A stretch of 63,452 bases of DNA, filler included, from an uncultured Methanosarcinales archaeon (GCA_964519225.1; 3 parts of 3 records of this genome joined end to end with filler, not necessarily neighbours in it), one strand, 5' to 3'. Shown: positions 17,285 through 26,002, counted from the whole stretch's first letter. Notes: generated from the letters alone by a model not told the origin. Numbers and translations: made by a program.

Positions 17285-17347
17285 TGTTACGAAAATCAAT
17301 TTTCTGTTACGAAATGTTACGAAAGAATGTTACGATTCTGTTACGTA
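17285..17347 (+). repeat. 63-bp direct repeat, right copy (5 x TGTTACG)
   Basis: Same sequence as 15876-15938 except one T>C; abuts the minus-strand TATA (TTTATAAAA, 17276-17284). Confidence 0.95.
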
Positions 17348-17418
17348 TTTGATTCTGATTGAAAAGGATGCAGAACGAAGCGAAATACTTTTAAATTAGT
17401 TGATTCTTCTCGAAGAGA

Positions 17419-17736
17419 ATGAAAATTCCAAAAACGATTAACAGATATTGTCCATACTGCAAGAAAAAAACAGAACATAAAGTCATTCAAGCTAAAAGAA
17501 AGACTCCTGGAAGCGCCCATCCTTTGAGCAGAGGAGGGAAGGTAAGGACAAAATTAAGGGGCGAATGGCGAGGACACGGCAATCTTGGAAAGTACAGTAA
17601 AGGTGCGATGAGTAAATGGAAAAGATACGGTAAAAAGATAAGTAAAAAAGTTGATTTAAGATTTCAGTGCAAGGAATGTGGAAAGATGCATACAAAAAGA
17701 AAAACTAAAAGGGCTAAAAAGGTTGAGTTAAAATGA
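17419..17736 (+). CDS. rpl44e: 50S ribosomal protein L44e (eL42)
   Basis: MKIPKTINRYCPYCKKKTEH..KKVDLRFQCKECGK. Confidence 0.95.
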   Translation: MKIPKTINRYCPYCKKKTEHKVIQAKRKTPGSAHPLSRGGKVRTKLRGEWRGHGNLGKYSKGAMSKWKRYGKKISKKVDLRFQCKECGKMHTKRKTKRAKKVELK

Positions 17737-17915
17737 GGAGTTTTGAATGTAAAAGCAAGTTCGTGAAAGTAAGATGTAACAAATGCAAGAACGAGCAAAT
17801 CATCTTTGGCAAAACAAGTACTGTAGTTAAATGTCTTGTCTGCGGTACTGAATTGGCAAAACCAACTGGTGGAAAAGCCCAAATCAAAGCAAGAATTTTA
17901 GAAATTCTTGAATAA
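17733..17915 (+). CDS. rps27e: 30S ribosomal protein S27e
   Basis: SKFVKVRCNKCKNEQIIF..CLVCG..PTGGKA. Confidence 0.95.
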   Translation: MRSFECKSKFVKVRCNKCKNEQIIFGKTSTVVKCLVCGTELAKPTGGKAQIKARILEILE

Positions 17916-17916
17916 A

Positions 17917-18696
17917 ATGTTATATCGAAAGATTGGATTTCCTGAAGAGGATGAAATAGTCCTATGTACTGTTACAAAAATCTATCATAATTCTGTTTTT
18001 GTTCATATCGATGAATATGACATTCAGGGACTGATCTACATTGGTGAAATTAGTCCAGGAAGAATAAGAAATATAAGAGATTTCGTTAGGGAAGGAAAAA
18101 AGATTGTGTGCAAGGTTCTTAGGGCTGATCCAAAAAGAGGAGCGGTTGATCTTTCTTTGAGACGTGTTAATGAAGAGCAGAGAAGAAAGAAGCTTGAAGA
18201 GATAAAACAGGAAATTAAAGCTGAGAGAATTCTTGAAGAAGTCGCTAAAAAACTCGGAATGGACATTAAAAAATTGTATACTGCTGTAAGCGAAAAGGTT
18301 TTTAGAAAGTATGAATACCTTCATCAATTTTTCAATGATATTGCAAGTGGCAAAAGCAATAGCTTGAAAATTGGGCTGCCGGAAAATATTGCTTCTGCGC
18401 TTGATGAGGTTGTTTTAGCAAGGATAAAACCTGCCGAGGTAAAAGTAAAAGGAAAAGTGAAGCTTGGAAGTCTTGCACCAAACGGTGTTGAACTGATTAA
18501 ACGCGCTTTGCAGAGAGGACTTTCCCTGAGAAAAGGTAAGATCGAAATAAGATATGCTGGCAATGGTGAATTCAATGTTTCTGTTGTTGCACCGGAATAT
18601 AAAGTTGCAAACAAAACACTTGCTAAATGTATTGACAACATCGTTAAAACCATTCAATCCTTGGGAGGATATGGAGAAAGCATAATAGAAAAATAA
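17917..18696 (+). CDS. eif2a: Translation initiation factor aIF-2 alpha
   Basis: S1 domain FPEEDEIV..ISPGRIRNIRDFVREG..DLSLRRV; conserved L44e-S27e-aIF2a-Nop10-PAC2 operon. Confidence 0.95.
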   Translation: MLYRKIGFPEEDEIVLCTVTKIYHNSVFVHIDEYDIQGLIYIGEISPGRIRNIRDFVREGKKIVCKVLRADPKRGAVDLSLRRVNEEQRRKKLEEIKQEIKAERILEEVAKKLGMDIKKLYTAVSEKVFRKYEYLHQFFNDIASGKSNSLKIGLPENIASALDEVVLARIKPAEVKVKGKVKLGSLAPNGVELIKRALQRGLSLRKGKIEIRYAGNGEFNVSVVAPEYKVANKTLAKCIDNIVKTIQSLGGYGESIIEK

Positions 18697-18697
18697 A

Positions 18698-18877
18698 ATG
18701 GCAAAGCATATAATGTTTTGTGACGCGTGTAAAAAATATACAATGCAGAATGTGTGTCCTGTTTGTGGTAAAAAAACAGCAGAAGCTAAACCACCAAAGT
18801 TCAGCATTCAGGATAGATATGGGAAGTACAGAAGGGAAGCAAAAAGAAAGATGTTAATGGAGGCTGGATTATTATGA
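18698..18877 (+). CDS. nop10: Nop10 ribosome biogenesis protein (59 aa; not in ORF track)
   Basis: MAKHIMFCDACKKYTMQNVCPVCGKKTAEAKPPKFSIQDRYGKYRR; ATGA overlap with the next gene. Confidence 0.92.
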   Translation: MAKHIMFCDACKKYTMQNVCPVCGKKTAEAKPPKFSIQDRYGKYRREAKRKMLMEAGLL

Positions 18878-19647
18878 GCAAATGGTTTATTAATAGATAT
18901 CTGAAGAGCTTGAAGGTAGGTAATCCTTTGATGATTGTTGGTTTGCCTGGCATTGGAAATGTCGGTAAGATAGCTGTCGATTTTTTAATCGATGAGCTGA
19001 AAGCAAAGAAAGTGCTTGACTTTTTTTCTTATTCCTTTCCTAATGCTGTTTTTATAAACGAAGAAAGTTTAATCGATGTACCGATTATCGAGGTGTATTA
19101 TAAAAAGCTTAGCGGAGCAGATCTTTTTCTTGTTGGCGGTGATATTCAGCCAATAGATGATGTTGGATGCTATGAGTTCTGTGAATTGTTGTTGAATGAG
19201 TATAAAAAATTCGGTGGCAAGAGATTGATCACACTTGGCGGTGTTGGTTTACAGCATGTTCCAAAGGAGCCAAAGATTTATTGCAGTGGAAATTCAAAAC
19301 GATTTATTAATGCTTTCACTAAGGGAGTGAATGTAGAAAAAAAGGTTTATGGCAAGGTTGGTCCAATCATTGGTGTGAGCGGTGTTTTGCTTGGAATGGC
19401 TCCGAGGTTTGGCATGGATGCAATAACTTTGCTTGCAGAAACTTATGCTCATCCTATGTATCTCGGAATAAAAGGAAGCAGGGAGATAATAAAGATTCTG
19501 AAAAAGAAGTTGGGATTAAAGATCAATCTTAAAGATTTGGATAAAGAAATAAAAGAGATGGAAAGCGAATTGTTGAAAAGAACCGAGGAGCTAAGCACAA
19601 TAATAAAACCAAGAAGAAAAGGAAGGGATGTTAGCTATATTGGATAA
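18874..19647 (+). CDS. PAC2 family (proteasome assembly chaperone-like) protein
   Basis: GLPGIGNVGKIA..GDIQP..ITLGG..IIGVSG; C-terminal YIG (HbYX). Confidence 0.9.
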   Translation: MSKWFINRYLKSLKVGNPLMIVGLPGIGNVGKIAVDFLIDELKAKKVLDFFSYSFPNAVFINEESLIDVPIIEVYYKKLSGADLFLVGGDIQPIDDVGCYEFCELLLNEYKKFGGKRLITLGGVGLQHVPKEPKIYCSGNSKRFINAFTKGVNVEKKVYGKVGPIIGVSGVLLGMAPRFGMDAITLLAETYAHPMYLGIKGSREIIKILKKKLGLKINLKDLDKEIKEMESELLKRTEELSTIIKPRRKGRDVSYIG

Positions 19648-19678
19648 AGCTTTTATATTTTGAGATAACTTTGGTTCT

Positions 19679-20062
19679 ATGCGAAAAGAGATTAAGGTTT
19701 GGTTGGACCAGGCTGTGCAAGATTTTGATGCAGCGTTATATAATTTTGACGGTAGGAGATATTACGTTGCTGCTTTTTTATGTCAGCAGGCTGTTGAAAA
19801 GGCATTAAAGGCTTTATTTTTAAAAAAAAGAAAAGGGATTTTTCCTCAATCGCATTCTCTTATATATTTGGGTAAGGAAGTGAAAGTTCCGAAAGAATTT
19901 CTTGGATTTTTGAGAGAGCTGACTCCTAAATTTATTGATACAAGATATCCTGATGCTGCGTTAGGGATTCCTGCTGAAATTTACGGCGAAGAAAATGTTG
20001 CTGAAATAATTGAACGAACAAAGAAGATCTTAAAATGGATCAAAAACGAACTAGAAAAGTAA
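19679..20062 (+). CDS. HEPN domain protein (HEPN-MNT toxin-antitoxin)
   Basis: AAFLCQQAVEKALKAL..HSL..TRYPD. Confidence 0.9.
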   Translation: MRKEIKVWLDQAVQDFDAALYNFDGRRYYVAAFLCQQAVEKALKALFLKKRKGIFPQSHSLIYLGKEVKVPKEFLGFLRELTPKFIDTRYPDAALGIPAEIYGEENVAEIIERTKKILKWIKNELEK

Positions 20063-20367
20063 GAAGTTGTTTGGAAAAAGGCTTCTTGAGGTTTGTAGAA
20101 ACCATAAAGAAAAAGTTTGATGCAAAGGTTTTGCTTTTTGGAAGCAGAGCAAAGGGAGAATGTTTTAAGTTCAGTGATTATGATGTAATTGTGATCTCGC
20201 ACAAGTTTGAAGGAGTTCAGTGGCATGAGAGAATAAGCGACATCGTTAAGTATTGGCGTCTAAACAAAGATCTCCACGTTCTGCCCTATACTGAAAAAGA
20301 ATTCGAGAAGAAAAAGAAGATGCGAACGATTGTGCAGGTTGCAGTAAAAGAAGGTTTTTATCTGTGA
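20035..20367 (+). CDS. Minimal nucleotidyltransferase (MNT antitoxin)
   Basis: LLFGSRAKG..SDYDVIVIS..YTEKEF. Confidence 0.88.
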   Translation: MDQKRTRKVRSCLEKGFLRFVETIKKKFDAKVLLFGSRAKGECFKFSDYDVIVISHKFEGVQWHERISDIVKYWRLNKDLHVLPYTEKEFEKKKKMRTIVQVAVKEGFYL

Positions 20368-20430
20368 CTTGATTATTTTAGTAATTTTATTAGGAAAGTT
20401 TATATAAAGATTTGAACTTTTTGGTTGAAA

Positions 20431-21144
20431 ATGAAAATCGAATTGACAAAAAAACCAAAAAACGTAACGATAATTGAAGGTTTTCCTGGTTATGGTTTGG
20501 TTAGCACAATAACAACAGAGTTCTTGCTTGATCATATTGATGACATAGAAAAGATTGGAAGAATATGGCTACCTGAAGCGCCTGCAATGATTGCAGTACA
20601 CAAAGGAAAGGTTGTTGAGCCTTTTGGAATATTTTATAGCAAAAAATACAATCTCGTTATAATTCATGTTGTTACGACCGTTTTTGGCTTTGAATGGGAA
20701 ATGGCAGAGGCTGTTATGGAACTTGCCAAGCAGTTAAATGCAAAAGAGATCATAAGTGTTGAAGGTATTAGCAGCGCTGAGATCGGAGAAAAGCCAAGAG
20801 CATTTTATTTTTCAACGAATGCTACAAGATTAAAAAGGTTAAAACAAATTGCTGATGCTCAACTGCAGGAAGGTATTATTGTTGGTGTAACAGGAATAAT
20901 GATGTTGATGGGCGATAGAAAGATTCCTGTTACTGCTATATTTGCAGAGGCGCATAGTGAGTTGCCTGACAGCAAAGCTGCTGCAAGGATAATAGAGGTT
21001 TTGAATGAATACATAGGATTGGATGTTGATCCAAAGCCGTTGCTAAAGCAAGCAGAGATGTTCGAGAAAAAATTACAGCAATTACTTACTCAAACGAGAA
21101 AGATGATGGAAGAACAGAAAAAGAAGTTGAGTTATGTAGGTTAA
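20431..21144 (+). CDS. PAC2 family proteasome assembly chaperone paralog
   Basis: EGFPGYGLVSTI..GIIVGVTG..LPDSKAAA; C-terminal YVG. Confidence 0.9.
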   Translation: MKIELTKKPKNVTIIEGFPGYGLVSTITTEFLLDHIDDIEKIGRIWLPEAPAMIAVHKGKVVEPFGIFYSKKYNLVIIHVVTTVFGFEWEMAEAVMELAKQLNAKEIISVEGISSAEIGEKPRAFYFSTNATRLKRLKQIADAQLQEGIIVGVTGIMMLMGDRKIPVTAIFAEAHSELPDSKAAARIIEVLNEYIGLDVDPKPLLKQAEMFEKKLQQLLTQTRKMMEEQKKKLSYVG

Positions 21145-21203
21145 GTCTTTAGTTATTACTTTTTAGGAAAAAATTTAAAAAAATTGATTTTTTCTTTTTT
21201 CTC

Positions 21204-22268
21204 ATGGTTAGAACTTATTTGGATTTTTTGATTAAGCTTGAGGAAAAGGTTAATGATGCTTATAGAGAAGCTCAAAAAAACATTGGCCAGCATGTCGGGT
21301 ATTTCAAGGATGGAACTTACGAAAAAGAATTAAAAGGAACTCGGCTGGTTGGGTTAGTTTCACAAGGAAAAGAAGCGAAGCTGTCGATTAAAGGGCTTGG
21401 CGCGGTTATGCATGCCTATTCTCCAGAAGCGATGCTTGAAGGTAGAACAGAAGAACATCTCAGTAGAATCAGAACGCCAGAGGAATTATTGATTTATTTG
21501 TGTGTTGATTCTTCACTTTGCGTATGGGAAAGAAAAGATGAGATCAAAGATTGGGCGAATAAGTTGTTTAACGAAAAATTAGAAGAATGCGAAAATGAAA
21601 AAGAAAGAAAATATACTATTGCTCGGATGGAAGCAGTGAATAATTGGATAGATCTTGTTCCATTTGGTTTGAGGGTTTTTTCTCCGTTATATGAAGTCAG
21701 GGATGAGTTAAAGAGTTTGTATGGAATTGTTATTGCGTATTTTGGCGAGGCTGCAAACAGGGCTTATCCTATTTATTCGAGTTGGTTTAGGAATACTCTT
21801 GGATGGATCAGAAATAAACCTGATTTTTCAGAAAAAGAGGTAAGTAAAAAGAAAAAAGCGATAAAGAAAGCTATTCGTCGATTAGGAAAGGGATTACAAG
21901 AACTTGATGAAATCAAAGATCACTTAGGTAATTTAGCAAGCAGGGAAGATGGAGTGATGTTTTTCAATTATTATGCTTGGGCTCCTTGGCTCGGATTTGA
22001 AGATGCGCTCAAGGTTTATTATGGAAAAGATTTGGCAGTACGTTTTTTTGGTGCTGGTTCTAATTTGATAACGGCTTTTAGTAATGCTAAAGCGATTGAA
22101 ATGATGATTTCGAATCCGCCGAATGTGTTTATCGCTAAAGATAAAATTTTAGATAATGAAATTAAATTTTTGAGTAAGATATTTAATGAAAATCTTGGGT
22201 CCTTACTTGAAGGCTATCTTAAGTCTTGGAACATGGTTAACATTATTTTGGATTTAAAGAACATATGA
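21204..22268 (+). CDS. Hypothetical protein
   Basis: 354-aa ORF with an upstream TATA; no family recognised. Confidence 0.6.
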   Translation: MVRTYLDFLIKLEEKVNDAYREAQKNIGQHVGYFKDGTYEKELKGTRLVGLVSQGKEAKLSIKGLGAVMHAYSPEAMLEGRTEEHLSRIRTPEELLIYLCVDSSLCVWERKDEIKDWANKLFNEKLEECENEKERKYTIARMEAVNNWIDLVPFGLRVFSPLYEVRDELKSLYGIVIAYFGEAANRAYPIYSSWFRNTLGWIRNKPDFSEKEVSKKKKAIKKAIRRLGKGLQELDEIKDHLGNLASREDGVMFFNYYAWAPWLGFEDALKVYYGKDLAVRFFGAGSNLITAFSNAKAIEMMISNPPNVFIAKDKILDNEIKFLSKIFNENLGSLLEGYLKSWNMVNIILDLKNI

Positions 22269-22316
22269 ACTAGAATAAAGAAATTTTTTTAAAAAATTCT
22301 TCTTTTCTCTTTCTTG

Positions 22317-22543
22317 ATGCCAAAAAAGAGGTTAAGATCGTTTCTTATGTTAAAGAATTAGAAAAGTCCTTTGTAAAGTATCTTGATATTCTTGCTAGGT
22401 ATATTCCGATTAAAGAAAAGCATGTTAAAAGGATAGATAAGATTGCAAGTGAGATTCATAAAGAAATTACAAAGTTAAGAAAGGAGTTAGAAAGGATCTC
22501 GAAATTAAAGATAGAAAAGAAAACAAAAAGGAAGAAAAAGTAA
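22317..22543 (+). pseudogene. Small coiled-coil gene interrupted by a -1 frameshift at A_AAA_AAG
   Basis: ATG CCA AAA AAG then stop after 14 codons; the -1 frame is open to TAA 22543, giving MPKKEVKIVSYVKELEKSFVKYLDIL...KRKKK. Confidence 0.55.
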
Positions 22544-22544
22544 A

Positions 22545-23279
22545 ATGGGAATATTTAGCAGAATTTTCAAAAAGAGAAATCCTCCTGAAAGACAGAGGGC
22601 TGTCAGGTTTAGAATGGCAAGATTAAGCGAAACAGCCGAAGCAGTAACCTTAGGGATGAATTATATGATCAAACATCTTGCGAAACTAGAGGCAGAAAGT
22701 GAGGAAAGATTAAAGGAGCTTGCAAAGGCAATGAGAGAAAAAGCAGAGAAGCTAAGAGCTCTTAACACATTTATAACAGAAGAATCAAGAATATTTCAAA
22801 TCGAACGAGATTTAATGTTAAGAAGAACTGCACCAGAACTAAGGAAACAGCTGAGAAGAGAATTCGTTGCTTTGAGCAGGCTTCAGTTGAATGTTATGAG
22901 GGCTGCAGAAGCTGAGCTCAAAGAGATTCATCCAGCAAGAAGGAAGGTTATTATTAATTCTACTGAAGCGATTAGAAGATTAGTCCTAGAGATGGAAAAG
23001 CAAATAAGGAAGATTGAGGAAGAAGAGCGATTGCAGTTAGAAAATTTAAGGAAACTTGCAAGAATCTTGTCGAATGAACAAAAGATAGGAAGACAAATAG
23101 TAATGACAATAATTCCTGAAGAAAGAAAGGTGTTGGATAAAGTGATTGGTGAAATAGAAAAAGAACAAGAGGAATTGAAAAAAGAGTTGAAGGAGCTGGA
23201 AGCAATGGCAAAATTAGATGTCTTTGAAGAAAGAATAGCATGGAGACCTCCGCCTGAATTGCTGCCGCCACGAGAATAG
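22545..23279 (+). CDS. Long coiled-coil protein, possibly PspA/ESCRT-III-like
   Basis: MGIFSRIFKK amphipathic N-terminus, continuous E/K/R-rich helices, Pro-rich C-terminus PPPELLPPRE. Confidence 0.5.
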   Translation: MGIFSRIFKKRNPPERQRAVRFRMARLSETAEAVTLGMNYMIKHLAKLEAESEERLKELAKAMREKAEKLRALNTFITEESRIFQIERDLMLRRTAPELRKQLRREFVALSRLQLNVMRAAEAELKEIHPARRKVIINSTEAIRRLVLEMEKQIRKIEEEERLQLENLRKLARILSNEQKIGRQIVMTIIPEERKVLDKVIGEIEKEQEELKKELKELEAMAKLDVFEERIAWRPPPELLPPRE

Positions 23280-23280
23280 A

Positions 23281-24129
23281 TTATTCATCTAAAGGATTTT
23301 TCACTTTCTTTATCTGCTCTAAGCTTACCTTTGTGTAGCGTTCTGTTGTTGCAAGGTTTGCATGACCGAGAAGGGTTTGAATGACTCTTATATCTGTTCC
23401 TTGTTCAAGTAAGTGTGTTGCAAAGCTCGCTCTTAGAGCATGACAGTAAACTCTTTTTTTAATACCTGCCTTTTCAGCAAGGGATTTTATGATCTTTTCT
23501 GCCTGTCTTGGAGTTATTGGTTGATCTTGCCTGCTCGGGCTAGGGAAAAGAAATTCGTTTTCTGGAAATTTTTCCTTCAGTTTTGGAATATATTCCTGCA
23601 GATCTCTGACTAAAGCAGTTGAAAGTATAACAATTCTGTCTTTTTTCCCCTTTCCTGCTTTGACAACAGCTATTTTTTCTTTCAGATCGAGGTCGTTTAT
23701 TCGCATTTTAACAGCTTCAGAAACACGCAATCCAGCTGAATAGAGAAGCTCTACAAGAATCTTGTGTTTTTGATTCTTTGCTGATGCTATCATTTGTTTT
23801 ATTTCGTCTTTTGTTAGAACAGTAGGAATCTTTTTTTCTAGCTTTGGAGATTCTATCCTGCTGAATATGTCTCGTTCAAGGATTTTTTTATAGAAAAATC
23901 GTAAAGTGCATAAAGCTAAGTTGACTGAGGAAGGTTTTAGTTTTTTATCGAACAGGAGATGAGCGATATAGCTTTTTACGTCTTCTTCTGTTGCTTCTTG
24001 CGGATGTTTTTTGATAAAAGAAAGGAATTCTTTGTTGAAGAATAGGTATGTTTTTACTGTTTTTTCTGAAAAGCCTCTTAGCTTAAGCTCTGTTTCGAGC
24101 TGTTTTAAAGCAGAGTGGATTTGTTGCAT
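23281..24129 (-). CDS. xerA: Tyrosine recombinase XerA
   Basis: SAM-like N-domain (LRGFSEKTVKTY); catalytic R (GLRVSE), K (GKGKKDR), HALR, LGH, RY. Confidence 0.9.
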   Translation of the reverse strand: MQQIHSALKQLETELKLRGFSEKTVKTYLFFNKEFLSFIKKHPQEATEEDVKSYIAHLLFDKKLKPSSVNLALCTLRFFYKKILERDIFSRIESPKLEKKIPTVLTKDEIKQMIASAKNQKHKILVELLYSAGLRVSEAVKMRINDLDLKEKIAVVKAGKGKKDRIVILSTALVRDLQEYIPKLKEKFPENEFLFPSPSRQDQPITPRQAEKIIKSLAEKAGIKKRVYCHALRASFATHLLEQGTDIRVIQTLLGHANLATTERYTKVSLEQIKKVKNPLDE

Positions 24130-24132
24130 TTT

Positions 24133-24486
24133 TTAGCCGAGATGGTAATCAAAAATAATTGGGACTTGGATTAGCTTTGTAAGGCTGTGAATTTTGTTTC
24201 TATTTCTATTCTGCGCTTTTAAGGTTTCTGCTAGGTGCAATGCATCATGTTTTGTGCATGCGCAGGCATAAAGAACATAGGTATCTTGATATTTTCCTCT
24301 GTTTTTTCTCCTGAAGTATATGTCTGCTGTTATTGCAAGAAAGCCCGTTTCTTCTGTTGTTATATCAAAGGTTGTAAGTTGAATATAAATTTTTGAAATG
24401 TTCAGAGTGCGGATTCTTTCTTTTTTTAGTCTTGAATATATTTCTTTTGTTAAAGTTTCGAGATCTGGATAATCATGAATGTTCAT
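24133..24486 (-). CDS. Hypothetical protein, probably co-transcribed with xerA
   Basis: 117-aa ORF ending 3 bp before the xerA start. Confidence 0.55.
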   Translation of the reverse strand: MNIHDYPDLETLTKEIYSRLKKERIRTLNISKIYIQLTTFDITTEETGFLAITADIYFRRKNRGKYQDTYVLYACACTKHDALHLAETLKAQNRNRNKIHSLTKLIQVPIIFDYHLG

Positions 24487-24507
24487 TTTAGTTTTCTAAA
24501 ACGAACT
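24480..24507. other. dif-like site 1 (11-6-11 imperfect palindrome)
   Basis: TGTTCATTTTA-GTTTTC-TAAAACGAACT; arms 9/11 complementary. Confidence 0.5.
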
Positions 24508-24524
24508 TTTATATAAATTTTATT

Positions 24525-24552
24525 GGTTCGTTTTATGGTTATTAAACGAACT
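24525..24552. other. dif-like site 2 (11-6-11 imperfect palindrome)
   Basis: GGTTCGTTTTA-TGGTTA-TTAAACGAACT; arms 9/11 complementary; ~400 bp from xerA. Confidence 0.62.
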
Positions 24553-24653
24553 TTTTAGCGGTTTTATGTTTTGAGAAGGGATTTGATAAAAAATTTTAAG
24601 CGATGATTGAAAGTTTTTGTCTTTTATTTTTGTGTTTGTTCTTTGTTTTGCGC

Positions 24654-25202
24654 TTAAAACTTTTGATTAAAACCTAAAAGTTTTTGGTTAAGTCCGACGA
24701 TGTTTTCTTTTGCTTGAAGTTCTTTAAATCCTGGTTCTAATGAGATTAAAGGCCTGCCTTTTATGTATGTTTTTTGTACTGGAATGCCTTTTGAAATTAG
24801 GTTTGTAACATAGGTTCTGATAAGGGTAAGGGAAAGGTTTAACTTTTGAGCAAGTTCTAGGTAGGAAATTGGCTTTGATTCTGAATAAAGGGCGAGAAAG
24901 ACTTTTTGCTCTTCTTGCGTTAGGGGCTGGATTTGATGGATTTTTGGCTGGGATTGGATCGGCTGACCTGTAATTTTTGAAATTATGTTTTTGAGCTGCT
25001 TTATTTCTTCTTGCAGGTGCTGGACTTTTTTATCCAGTTCGCAGAGGTATTCATAATTTGCTTGGATTTCGTTTGTGTTTTCGTTTATTGCATCGAGGTG
25101 TTCTTCGAGTTCCTCGTGTATTTTTGAGAATGTTGATTGGACAAATTGCTTTAAGTCTTCTGGTTTTTCGTCGAAGAAGATGATTTTAGTTATTTTTGTC
25201 AC
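24654..25202 (-). CDS. Coiled-coil + winged-helix DNA-binding protein
   Basis: N-terminal heptads; LTQEEQKVFLALY..ISYLELAQKLNLSLTLIRTYVTNLISKGIPV wHTH; GTG start. Confidence 0.75.
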   Translation of the reverse strand: MTKITKIIFFDEKPEDLKQFVQSTFSKIHEELEEHLDAINENTNEIQANYEYLCELDKKVQHLQEEIKQLKNIISKITGQPIQSQPKIHQIQPLTQEEQKVFLALYSESKPISYLELAQKLNLSLTLIRTYVTNLISKGIPVQKTYIKGRPLISLEPGFKELQAKENIVGLNQKLLGFNQKF

Positions 25203-25238
25203 CTCTTTCTCCTGCTTGATTTTCTTGCTTTTGTTTGA

Positions 25239-25902
25239 TTATTTATATAATTTTCTCGTGTTTAAACTATAGGTTTTCTTTCGTTTTTTGCGCTTTGTTT
25301 GGGTTATTTTGCCTTCTTTTTCGAGTTCTGAGAGAAGGCGATAGAATGTGCTTTTTGAGCAGAGGGCTTGCTCATCAACTATGATTTCTTTGAGCTGGAA
25401 AGCTGTTGAGCCTGGATAGCGGGTTAGGAGGTTTAAGATGAGGTTTTTTATGTAGTCTTTTGAATGCTTAACGATTCTTTTAGCGATTCTTTCTTTTGCC
25501 TGAAGCTCTGATTTGAGCTTTTTCTTTTGGCGCTCTTTGGTTTGCTGCGTTAGGTTGGTCGCCTTGCTTTGTTTGTTCTGGAGCTGATCGAGGATAAGGG
25601 TAATGCGTTCAAGAATTGGCTTAAGGTCCGGGTCTTGGTTTTGTGATTGTTTTTGAGTTAAGCTTAAGGAGTTGAGCTGTGCAGCAAGTTGGTCGATCTG
25701 CTTTGAAAGTAGGGTATATTTTGATTCGAGATCAAGGAGCTTTGATTCCTGTGACTTGCTTCTTTCATTGAGGAAATTTATCCATGTGAAGAGCTGGTTT
25801 ATGTCTTCTTTGACGCGGAAGAAGGCGTTTGATACTGCTGAATGGAATCGTTGGAGAAAGGTGAGATGGTGTTCTTCTTGCTCCTGTCCTAAACGTTTGT
25901 GT
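25239..25902 (-). CDS. Coiled-coil + winged-helix protein, 5'-truncated by the contig end (not in ORF track)
   Basis: My translation: ...SNAFFRVKEDINQLFTWINFL...KDYIKNLILNLLTRYPGSTAFQLKEIIVDEQALCSKSTFYRLLSELEKEGKI...KLYK*. Confidence 0.7.
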
Positions 25903-26002
25903 NNNNNNNNNNNNNNNNNNNNNNNNNNNNNNNNNNNNNNNNNNNNTTAATTAATTAANNNNNNNNNNNNNNNNNNNNNNNNNNNNNNNNNNNNNNNNNN
26001 NN
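25903..26002. other. Artificial contig-join linker (N44-TTAATTAATTAA-N44)
   Basis: Ns around a six-frame stop linker. Confidence 0.97.

Noticed and set aside
23281..24129. Tyrosine recombinase as an integron integrase
   Set aside because: Lacks the IntI-specific insertion before the HxxR motif, and I found no attC-like cassette array; it fits XerA.
25903..26002. TTAATTAATTAA palindrome within Ns next to tRNA-Arg, ~1.8 kb from xerA, suggesting an integrated element at a tRNA
   Set aside because: Artificial scaffold linker; the xerA region and the tRNA are on different contigs, so no att-site inference is valid.
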